Of a stretch of DNA of 64,000 nt, positions 56,375-64,000 are shown in pieces. Origin of the DNA: an uncultured virus (IMG/VR IMGVR_UViG_3300027416_000239) (Duplodnaviria > Heunggongvirae > Uroviricota > Caudoviricetes); the IMG/VR virus record IMGVR_UViG_3300027416_000239; one strand, 5' to 3'. Position numbers and translations under genes: made by a program. Position 1 is the first letter of the stretch. The number at the start of each line of letters is the position of its first letter. The notes below the pieces were generated by a model. The model worked only from the letters and a program-made list of their open reading frames with translations. It was not told where the DNA came from and did no database searches.

Positions 56375-57199
56375 TTAATTTGCGTGTGCTGCTAAAACTT
56401 TTTCAACATGCTCACGTGCTACCTCCCAGCTCACTGGGCCGGTCTCATCAGCGTACGCTACAGGATCAGGTCGTCCTAGCTTAATAAAAGCTTCAATACG
56501 CTCTACTGAAGAAGCTGATTTGTAGTCTGAGTACCAAGTCCAGGCATTAGTCTCTGGACGGTGATAGTACTTGATTGGCTTATAAGAGGTGTTAGTACGC
56601 TTATAAACTTCATCAAAGTCTATTCCTAGCTTCTCACATAATACCAGTCCGTCTTCTAGAATAGTAAACTTATCGCCTTCAAGATAAGGAGTCCAATAAG
56701 ATACGCGCTCAGCGTCCCAGTTACCAGTGCGGAAAGCAGCGTCATCTGCATCCCGAAATTCCTGTCGGCAGTCCGGATAGATCGCATGATCACCAGCATG
56801 AATGCCCAACGCAATGGAAGTTTCTTCCTGAGTTTCATTTGCAATAGAAAGTGCTACAGCTTGAGAAATTGAACTGAAGATTTTGTTTCGGTTCGGTACA
56901 ACAGTAGCTTTCATATTCTCTTCTGCGTAATGACCTTCAGGTACTTCAGCACCACCTGTTACTAGAGCCGAGTTGAGCAGGTCAACCAAGCCGTCTAGTT
57001 TGATTACTCGGTAATTAACAGAGTGACCGTTATCACTCAAGTACTTTACCAACTCTTGAGCTCTTTCAAGCTCTACTCTGTGCTTTTGACCGTAATCAAA
57101 AGACATTGCTGTTACTGTATCAAACTCTTTAAGAGCTTTTAGAAGTAACGTAGAGGAGTCCATCCCTCCTGAAAGACTAACAACAACGTGTTTTGCCAT
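56375..57199 (-). CDS. queC: 7-cyano-7-deazaguanine synthase
   Basis: SLSGGMDS, FDYGQKH, VPNRN, YPDCR. Confidence 0.93.
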   Translation of the reverse strand: MAKHVVVSLSGGMDSSTLLLKALKEFDTVTAMSFDYGQKHRVELERAQELVKYLSDNGHSVNYRVIKLDGLVDLLNSALVTGGAEVPEGHYAEENMKATVVPNRNKIFSSISQAVALSIANETQEETSIALGIHAGDHAIYPDCRQEFRDADDAAFRTGNWDAERVSYWTPYLEGDKFTILEDGLVLCEKLGIDFDEVYKRTNTSYKPIKYYHRPETNAWTWYSDYKSASSVERIEAFIKLGRPDPVAYADETGPVSWEVAREHVEKVLAAHAN

Positions 57200-57243
57200 T
57201 TTAAATATAATTTATAACTGCCAGGTATTTTAAGCGTATAGGC

Positions 57244-57741
57244 TTACGCTATTCCTAATTTTCTTTCTAGTCGAGCAAACTCTGGATCGATTACATCATC
57301 CCAGTAGTACTCACCTTCGAATTCGTCTTCAGGCTCAGGTTCGGTCTCAACAGTTAGGTACTGGCCGGCATCTGTAATCTTAATTACTCCAATAGGATCG
57401 TATGCTTCATCCCAATAACGTGCTGTAAATGTAGCATCCGGATCAATAGCCATCAACTGTCGATGCATTTCTTTCAATAGATCTGATGGTGGATACCAAG
57501 CTGATTCAAAGCTAACTTCAAATTCATTCTCATAGGTGCTATAATCGTAAATTGTAATCCACTTTGAACCTACTTTATCAATAAATAATTCAGCATCAGC
57601 ACCAAATACATCTACAATATGTGGAGTTTCCTTTTCATTTGGATACTTCCCATCATTCATATTTTCAAACTTTCCATACAAAAAGTCAACTGCTTCTTTT
57701 GAAGCAACAATTTTTACATCTGTTCTACAAGTATTTGCCAT
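57244..57741 (-). CDS. YubB/DUF1281-like ferredoxin-fold protein
   Basis: MANTC start, GSKW, FESAWYPP. Confidence 0.6.
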   Translation of the reverse strand: MANTCRTDVKIVASKEAVDFLYGKFENMNDGKYPNEKETPHIVDVFGADAELFIDKVGSKWITIYDYSTYENEFEVSFESAWYPPSDLLKEMHRQLMAIDPDATFTARYWDEAYDPIGVIKITDAGQYLTVETEPEPEDEFEGEYYWDDVIDPEFARLERKLGIA

Positions 57742-57926
57742 TATTCTTCAATATAATATTCAGTTCCACCATCTTTAGTACGAACATTTTCCATTTCATC
57801 GTAAACTTCATCCATTACCTCATCTACGAGATCATCGTCGCCTGAGTTATACCGCTGTAACTGTTCTTCAGTTAGCTCTACTGCGTAGTAACGGTAGTCT
57901 GTTTCTACTCTAATTAATTTAGCCAT
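57741..57926 (-). CDS. Small acidic hypothetical protein
   Basis: 61-aa operonic ORF. Confidence 0.6.
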   Translation of the reverse strand: MAKLIRVETDYRYYAVELTEEQLQRYNSGDDDLVDEVMDEVYDEMENVRTKDGGTEYYIEE

Positions 57927-57928
57927 AA

Positions 57929-58378
57929 TTAAAGCTTTTCAGTATCAAAATATAAAACTACTTTACTAGTAGGCATAAAGATAGTAACCATCTTTATTCC
58001 CTGACCGTATTCCTGTACCAGGATAGTAACCTTTTGTCCATCGTGTACTTGAAGAGCATCAATCCAGAGGTACTGGCCTTGGTCATTTTCTCGCATCTCA
58101 TAATCGTAAATAGTAAATGCAAACTCTTCACCGGTTGATACTCGGACCATTTTCATGTAACCGCTTCCGTTATCGTTGAAGTACGAAAGCCAAACATTAT
58201 TATCTGAATGACGATCGACTAAATCGAAGAACATCCATTCGTCTTCTACATCACTCCAAACCATACGCTGGGTGGAAGTATTGCGAGTGATTAGTACACT
58301 CGGTTCCTCAGTAGGCTTTTGACCGTAAGCGCTAAGAGCGGTTAAGGTAACAAATAGACCTAAGATTAATTTTTTCAT
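57929..58378 (-). CDS. Secreted hypothetical protein
   Basis: Signal peptide ending AYG-Q. Confidence 0.7.
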   Translation of the reverse strand: MKKLILGLFVTLTALSAYGQKPTEEPSVLITRNTSTQRMVWSDVEDEWMFFDLVDRHSDNNVWLSYFNDNGSGYMKMVRVSTGEEFAFTIYDYEMRENDQGQYLWIDALQVHDGQKVTILVQEYGQGIKMVTIFMPTSKVVLYFDTEKL

Positions 58379-58897
58379 TTTTCGGTACGGTACTTACCGC
58401 GGATTACATCCACAATAAACTGCAAGAATAGGAACGCCATAGTTCCGATTGCAATAAAAGGCACAATAGCCATAAAACTGTCCATTACTTTGTTCTTTTT
58501 AATTTATACTTAATATATGAAAAAGCTGGCAGGATTCCAACTCCTGATGCTGAAATTGTAAAAAGATTTGGATGCCAGTGCTCTCCACAAAAACCTAACG
58601 AGTGCTTAATAAGCTCAATCATTTTCTGGTATGTGTTTTTCGTATAGTGTAATTGAATTTGCTACGTGCTGTACTAGCTTCTCTCCATGAAGCATAGTCA
58701 ATCCTTTAGCTCTACCCAGTACAGTTCTAACGATCTCTACTTTTCTATCTCTTGACATATGGTGTCCTCGCTTCACTTCTTTTTGCGTTTTTTACGTAAT
58801 ATACTAAATAACCGCTCTTGAACTGCCTGACGCAGTTCTTTAATAGATCGACGGCGCTTACGAGCAGCTTCCGACTTCATTATTCGTTCAGCTTTTT

Positions 58898-59164
58898 TCA
58901 TAACGTATTATTTTTTAGAATTCGAACTAAATCTTTTAGATCTCCTTCTCCTTTGATACTTAGGGTTCTAGAGTCAAAGATCATAGCTTCCCAGCCGTTC
59001 TTTGCCGCTTCATCATCTGAGTTAGACATTATACAGATATCCCCGATATCAGCGGTGTAGTAGTAAAAGGTGTATTCGTAACCTGATTCTTCTGGAGTGA
59101 CTTCGTTACGCTGAAAGCCTAGCTCTTTAAAAATTTCTTCTGTCATAACACTACGATACATCAT
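58898..59164 (-). CDS. Hypothetical protein
   Basis: Operonic ORF. Confidence 0.6.
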   Translation of the reverse strand: MMYRSVMTEEIFKELGFQRNEVTPEESGYEYTFYYYTADIGDICIMSNSDDEAAKNGWEAMIFDSRTLSIKGEGDLKDLVRILKNNTL

Positions 59165-59387
59165 CTAAACTTACACCATGCTCACTCATAAACTCAAATA
59201 ACTTTTCTCTAGCTTGAACATAAGCATCGTACTTATCTTTGCTAAATCCTTCATCAGGCATATACTTATACTGAGCTCTTAGCCATTGATCCATATCCCA
59301 ACAAACATTCCACCAATCTTGAGCTTTAGTTGCAAGTTCAAACTCTTGATTGTCTTCAGGCAGATTAAATTTTAAGATAGCTTCCAT
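59151..59387 (-). CDS. Hypothetical protein
   Basis: MEAILKFNLPED start. Confidence 0.65.
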   Translation of the reverse strand: MEAILKFNLPEDNQEFELATKAQDWWNVCWDMDQWLRAQYKYMPDEGFSKDKYDAYVQAREKLFEFMSEHGVSLDDVS

Positions 59388-59719
59388 AATTCGTATACTG
59401 AGTTCTTAGTCTTAAATTTAAGAAAATTTTCTCGTTTTTCCAACACCTCTGTAATAGGAGTTGTTTGCCAAGTAAAAAACTGATTGAATGGAGACATAAT
59501 CAATGAACGTTCTACTGCTGGTTCATCGTGTTTGGATTTAAACTTACCTTCTTCATTCCATTCAACCCACATTACTTCCTTAGATTCATTGGTTAGTCCG
59601 TCTCGTTCACGAACCAGTTTCCAATTGAATTCGTTTTCAATTACATTTTGTTCAAGAGCAACCTTCAAGACATTATCTTCTAATGTCATTGGGATTTTGG
59701 TTTGTTTTAACTTGCTCAT
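59372..59719 (-). CDS. Hypothetical protein
   Basis: WQTT...FKTKNSVY. Confidence 0.65.
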   Translation of the reverse strand: MSKLKQTKIPMTLEDNVLKVALEQNVIENEFNWKLVRERDGLTNESKEVMWVEWNEEGKFKSKHDEPAVERSLIMSPFNQFFTWQTTPITEVLEKRENFLKFKTKNSVYELWKLS

Positions 59720-59898
59720 TTCTCTTTGGTGTTACAAGTTATTTCAAATGGTGGTTCGTATGGATTCTTGGTACTATTTGGAGAATAAGGTGGTAGCGTT
59801 ACTTGTGTTACTTGGTTTTCTACAAGGAGTATTACTGCTTCTTCTGCTGTAATATGATTATTCTCCAATAATCTTTGAACTATTTCTGCTTTATTCAT
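59716..59898 (-). CDS. Hypothetical protein
   Basis: ATGA overlaps. Confidence 0.6.
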   Translation of the reverse strand: MNKAEIVQRLLENNHITAEEAVILLVENQVTQVTLPPYSPNSTKNPYEPPFEITCNTKEK

Positions 59899-60413
59899 TC
59901 CTCTTCTTGTTTTTGTCCTCGTCTGTAAAATCCGTGCTCAATGTCCGACGCAAGATTTTGTAAATGTTTTGGTGCTGATATTGAGATTCTTAAATCATAG
60001 TGATACCATTTAGTTTTATAATCCCACATCAGTATACCTTTAGTTAGTTTACGATGTAGGTTTGATAATTTACGATTACGAACCCTCACAATACTTTTAT
60101 CATTTCCAAACACTTCTAAAAAACGTAGAAACCATCTTGGACACCATTTCGGTTTCGCTTCATAATCCATTGCTAGTATTAGAGGGAACATTGCTTTACC
60201 AATATCACTATCTTTATCGTAAGGTATCATACCTAAGTAGCCATATTTTTCATATCCTTTAGGAAAGAAAATGTAACGTAAATCATCCCATTCTAAGTCA
60301 CGAGTATGAATCATACCTTTCTTACGACCTTTCCAGAATAACATAGATTGACCGAACGATTTAGCTTTTTGGCTAAATGTTTTATTTTCTTTTATTTTAA
60401 ATTTAGTCCTCAT
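59895..60413 (-). CDS. Hypothetical protein
   Basis: 172 aa. Confidence 0.7.
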   Translation of the reverse strand: MRTKFKIKENKTFSQKAKSFGQSMLFWKGRKKGMIHTRDLEWDDLRYIFFPKGYEKYGYLGMIPYDKDSDIGKAMFPLILAMDYEAKPKWCPRWFLRFLEVFGNDKSIVRVRNRKLSNLHRKLTKGILMWDYKTKWYHYDLRISISAPKHLQNLASDIEHGFYRRGQKQEEE

Positions 60414-60862
60414 ATAATACCTCCTATAATATCTCTGTCTTGTAAATGATCAAACTTACCATAAGTCTTAATCAAATAACCAGTTTTTACGGGTTCAAAT
60501 GAACTTACAATTCTGTTTTCAAATTCTTTACCTAAATACTCTCCAAGATCAATACCTCTGGTCAAATAAGGACCGCCAGATGGATCAACCATACTGATGT
60601 TTTTTGTATCTGAATATACTAGTGATTGGTACTTCTTAGAGATTTCAGAATACTCAAATGTGACATCGTCATACCTGTGTACTTCCTTCTCAAAGTCCTG
60701 AATATGCATATCACCTCCGTCCTTGCGGTATTGCTGATAAGCGTCTTTATAGACGTTAGGCCAACCATATCGGCACCATTTAAAACTACCTTCCCACAAT
60801 ACATTACCATCTTCCTGTTTGGTAAATGTATAAACGTCTCCGTATCTGTTTGTGTACTTCAT
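60410..60862 (-). CDS. Hypothetical protein
   Basis: NRYGD and VDPSGGPY motifs; own promoter at 60863-60916. Confidence 0.7.
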   Translation of the reverse strand: MKYTNRYGDVYTFTKQEDGNVLWEGSFKWCRYGWPNVYKDAYQQYRKDGGDMHIQDFEKEVHRYDDVTFEYSEISKKYQSLVYSDTKNISMVDPSGGPYLTRGIDLGEYLGKEFENRIVSSFEPVKTGYLIKTYGKFDHLQDRDIIGGII

Positions 60863-60917
60863 ATAACCTTAATCACTTTATACCTAAATATAAGAACTAT
60901 CTTTCAGATCTACAACT

Positions 60918-61139
60918 TTAAAATGCTTCATCTAAAGTTGCCGGACGAATATTTTTATTGTAGTTGTAGCTCTCTAGATCTTCCTCAGACATTTGAGGAG
61001 CTTTTTGAGGTACTGCTTTAGGTTTAGGAGTGCGAAACATCTCAGGTCTGTTCTCCTGCACCCAATACATATAACCCGGATCAATCTCCCATACCTCTTG
61101 GTATGTGTAATCCTTATATTTACCTGATCTGAATCTCAT
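60918..61139 (-). CDS. Small protein with FGKY-type (exonuclease X C-terminal-like) motif
   Basis: FRSGKYKD...DPGYMYW. Confidence 0.55.
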   Translation of the reverse strand: MRFRSGKYKDYTYQEVWEIDPGYMYWVQENRPEMFRTPKPKAVPQKAPQMSEEDLESYNYNKNIRPATLDEAF

Positions 61140-61705
61140 TAATGAGTATATTCTACTAAATCTTCCAAACCTTCTTTCTTTATCTTTGCTTTTAAAGAAG
61201 CAATGTAATGACCTGCTTCTGCATAGTGCTTACCTAGGTACTGGTAGTATTCAGTTTCGTTTCTAGCTCTACTTAGGTACTTATTCTGCCACAAAGCATA
61301 ATCGATTACCGAATGAGTCCAATGATCGTATTGAGCATGACCTCGATTACGTCCTATGGCTGTAGTAGCTCGTTGATAAGCTTTCTTCATACCAAAGAGG
61401 TTGTTATTCTCTTTGAAAATGTTCGAAGTATACGTTCCTGATTCAATTCGTGCTTGAGCTAATACAATATGAGGATACTTAATGTTTAGTTCCTTCATAT
61501 AACGAATTAAGTTCTCTTCTGAGAATTTCTGAGTATATACAGTATCGTGTTCAACTATTGTGATAGTTTCTTTGGATGTACGTATACCCGGGGTAATGCT
61601 TGTACTAAAGGCTAGTATCGCAAAGATTCCTCCTATAAGCATTAGAGCTTTCTTGCGATCTAACTTCTTAAACTGCAAGTTCTTTTTGTCGTAAGTATAA
61701 AGCAT
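61139..61705 (-). CDS. Membrane-anchored glucosaminidase (GH73/FlgJ-like)
   Basis: TM anchor; LAQARIESG, NNLFGMK, YAE...Y. Confidence 0.85.
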   Translation of the reverse strand: MLYTYDKKNLQFKKLDRKKALMLIGGIFAILAFSTSITPGIRTSKETITIVEHDTVYTQKFSEENLIRYMKELNIKYPHIVLAQARIESGTYTSNIFKENNNLFGMKKAYQRATTAIGRNRGHAQYDHWTHSVIDYALWQNKYLSRARNETEYYQYLGKHYAEAGHYIASLKAKIKKEGLEDLVEYTH

Positions 61706-61706
61706 A

Positions 61707-61901
61707 TTATTTTTCAGAATTAAGTCTAGCAATACTTTCGTTAATCTTCGAGAGGTTTCTCTCTAAAGATACCTGGCGCTCGGCCAGTCCGGTCATCTGC
61801 TCTACTGTCTCAAAGATAGAAGAGTGCAGTTGGTCAACGACATCAAATAGTTCGTTGAGCAGTTCGGCTCGTTTGTGTTCTAATAACTCTTTTCTTTTCA
61901 T
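61707..61901 (-). CDS. Small coiled-coil protein
   Basis: Start MKRKELL after the promoter. Confidence 0.6.
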   Translation of the reverse strand: MKRKELLEHKRAELLNELFDVVDQLHSSIFETVEQMTGLAERQVSLERNLSKINESIARLNSEK

Positions 61902-62003
61902 AACCTCTTTCGTTTCTATAAATATAAGAACTAGTTTGCATTTAAACAACTTTTTCGTATATTAAGAGAAGTTTAACTATGTATTAATATAATATTAAGA
62001 CCC

Positions 62004-62225
62004 ATGAAAAAAGCACTCTTATTCATTTCAGGGTTGATCTTGATGGCATCATGTTCAGCCCCTCAGGCTTTAGCTACAGAGCACATCTCTAAAGAGCTAA
62101 ATCGAGAAAGACAGGCTCTTATCTACGAAGATAAGGTAGTAATCGTAACTCGAACCACACTGACTCCAATGGAGTATGCGTTAATGTTAGAAAAGACTCG
62201 AAACAATCGAGACTTAAACAAATAA
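62004..62225 (+). CDS. Small lipoprotein (only convincing plus-strand gene)
   Basis: MKKALLFISGLILMASC lipobox; divergent promoter ~61935-61965; terminator follows. Confidence 0.75.
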   Translation: MKKALLFISGLILMASCSAPQALATEHISKELNRERQALIYEDKVVIVTRTTLTPMEYALMLEKTRNNRDLNK

Positions 62226-62253
62226 AAAAAGGGCCGTTAGGCCCTTTCTTTTT
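62224..62253. terminator. Bidirectional intrinsic terminator
   Basis: A-run, AAAGGGCC-GTTA-GGCCCTTT, then T-run, between convergent genes. Confidence 0.85.
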
Positions 62254-62564
62254 TAACTTACATCGAACTCTGATGTATCTGCTTTAATTCCTTTTTCTTT
62301 TAGTGCTTTAATTACTGCACCGTGAGCTTCATAAGGATCTGACTGAAAGTCAATGTCAATTCCTAAGATGTCTAGCATCCTTTGAGCTTCTTTACTATGA
62401 AGTTTCTTATCCCAGTTTGTACCGCTTCCGTCTTTTAGGTAGACGTATACTCCGTATAACATGGTCTTGCCGTCTACAAAAGTAATATCTACTTTTTCTA
62501 CGTTGTCAGCTGTAATTCCTTCAACGTCGTAGGTTCCTTCTAGGATAATATCAGATAATTTCAT
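62253..62564 (-). CDS. Hypothetical protein (possible virion protein)
   Basis: Start MKLSDIILE; TATTTATAAT motif upstream. Confidence 0.6.
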   Translation of the reverse strand: MKLSDIILEGTYDVEGITADNVEKVDITFVDGKTMLYGVYVYLKDGSGTNWDKKLHSKEAQRMLDILGIDIDFQSDPYEAHGAVIKALKEKGIKADTSEFDVS

Positions 62565-62586
62565 ATTCAAAGATTTATTATAAATA

Positions 62587-64000
62587 TTACCCATCACAGC
62601 TTAAGCAATCCTCGTTAGTTCTAGAGCCAATATCGCCGTTAATTACTGAGTCGGTACGTAGGTAGTAAAGGGTCTTGATACCTAACTTCCAAGCTGTCTG
62701 ATGAACTAAGTTGATGAACTTAGGACTGTCTGTAGGATCAAAAGCTAAGTTTAATGACTGAGTCTGGTCGATATATTTCTGACGTACGGCAGCCTGCTCT
62801 ACTAATGCTAGCTGATTGATCTCGGTAAAGGTGTAGAAGATCTCTTTGTCAGCTGCGGGCATAACAGCTTCAGGTACGTTGATAACTGAACCTCTATCCT
62901 TCATAATGATGTCCCATACCTCATCAGTATTGTGACCTTTGTCTTCTAAGTATTGTTCGAGCACCGGGTTCTTACGAATGAACGTACCCTTACCGCTATT
63001 GAACGTATAGATGTTAGCAGGTAACGGCTCGATACCAGCAGATACACCTCCGGAAATAGAACTATTGCTAACAGTCGGAGCAATCGCGAGCAAATGCGTG
63101 TTGCGCATTCCCGTGCCTTTACACCATTCTGGTTCTCCATATTCTTCAGCTAATTTTCTTGAAGCAGCTTCGGCTTGTGTTCTGATCTGTGAGAAGATTC
63201 GGTTTGTCCATGCCGTAGAAGCAACAGATACGAATGGCAATCCTTTTTGCTGTAAGAAAGTATGCCATCCTAGAACTCCTAGTCCGATTGCACGACCTTT
63301 TTTAGCTGAACGATGTGAGCGGGCAAGTGAATCCTTACCGTCGGTCTTATATAAAAACTCTTCCATTACTCCGTCTAGGAAGTAAACAGCAGTTTCAATC
63401 AAGTCTGAGTCTTTCCATTCATCATACTTAGCTAAGTTTACTGAACTTAAGCAGCAGATAAATGAATGCTCTTCGTCTGTATGTAGAGTAATCTCAGTAC
63501 AGATGTTAGTCATACTAACGTCTAGGTTGTTCTTAACGTATGCCTGAGGATTATCGTTGTTAACGTTGTCCTTAAACATAAGATAAGGCTCTCCAGTCTC
63601 TACTCTTGATTTGAGGATTTCAACCCAGAGTTCGACCGCTTCTTGATCTCGTCGTTCAAGCTTGCGCATGAACTCATCATCCACCACAACGCATTGGTGT
63701 AGGTTGAGACACTGTCTATTTGGGTCTCCTTTTGGACGTCTGATTTGGAGGAATTCTTTGATGTCTCCATGATTGATATCTAAGTTAACAGAGGCTGCTC
63801 CTCTACGTACAGCACCCTGGTTGGTTGCAATAATAGTTGAATCGTAAATCTTAGCCCATGGCACTACACCTTCTGAGTTACCGTTACCGGTGATAGCTGT
63901 TCCTCTTTCTCTAACACGGGATAAGCTAATACCTACACCACCACCTAATGAAGAGAGTCTCATCAGCTCTGCATTTGTTAGACCTATTCCTCTAATGCTA
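62587..64000 (-). CDS. nrdA: Ribonucleotide reductase class Ia alpha subunit (5'-partial)
   Basis: NQGAVRRGA, TNICTEI, AIGLG, IAPT, GIEP, KTLYY, C-terminal CLSCDG; frame open to window end. Confidence 0.95.
   Translation of the reverse strand, partial: SIRGIGLTNAELMRLSSLGGGVGISLSRVRERGTAITGNGNSEGVVPWAKIYDSTIIATNQGAVRRGAASVNLDINHGDIKEFLQIRRPKGDPNRQCLNLHQCVVVDDEFMRKLERRDQEAVELWVEILKSRVETGEPYLMFKDNVNNDNPQAYVKNNLDVSMTNICTEITLHTDEEHSFICCLSSVNLAKYDEWKDSDLIETAVYFLDGVMEEFLYKTDGKDSLARSHRSAKKGRAIGLGVLGWHTFLQQKGLPFVSVASTAWTNRIFSQIRTQAEAASRKLAEEYGEPEWCKGTGMRNTHLLAIAPTVSNSSISGGVSAGIEPLPANIYTFNSGKGTFIRKNPVLEQYLEDKGHNTDEVWDIIMKDRGSVINVPEAVMPAADKEIFYTFTEINQLALVEQAAVRQKYIDQTQSLNLAFDPTDSPKFINLVHQTAWKLGIKTLYYLRTDSVINGDIGSRTNEDCLSCDG

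Noticed and set aside
160..63385. Most plus-strand ORFs in the track
   Set aside because: They are antisense shadows of well-supported minus-strand genes with no recognisable motifs; only 62004..62225 is accepted
1..64000. Stop-codon reassignment
   Set aside because: Conserved genes are intact in the standard code, all three stop codons end genes, and no suppressor tRNA is seen

Overview
This window looks like a 64-kb segment of a large dsDNA bacteriophage whose host is probably in Bacteroidota (Flavobacteriia-like). The evidence is dense, almost entirely minus-strand coding, repeated TTG-N20-TATATTTA promoters resembling the Bacteroidetes -33/-7 consensus, a T9SS C-terminal sorting domain and a TonB-dependent receptor. 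In order it contains: (1) ~0-11 kb, small early-type genes each with its own promoter, plus a repeat-rich region at 2.9-3.6 kb; (2) 11-23.6 kb, a glycosylation island (GT2/GT4/GT10/GT11-like enzymes, methyltransferases, gmd, DegT-like); (3) a nuclease, holin and endolysin, then a CsgG-like/cohesin-dockerin/T9SS surface module; (4) a TonB-dependent receptor, two GT-A proteins and seven tRNAs; (5) groEL, groES, hsp20 and a family A DNA polymerase; (6) a complete 7-deazaguanine pathway (folE, queD, queE, queC, queF) interleaved with a TGT/DpdA-like protein, a PurN-like formyltransferase, a P-loop kinase, a MazG-like pyrophosphatase and an HPRT; (7) thyX, ferredoxin, thioredoxin and a partial nrdA. 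The most notable observations are the probable pre-replicative guanine-replacement system and two preQ1-I-like riboswitch aptamers heading the folE and queD/queE transcription units. All calls come from motif recognition by eye; no database searches were run.
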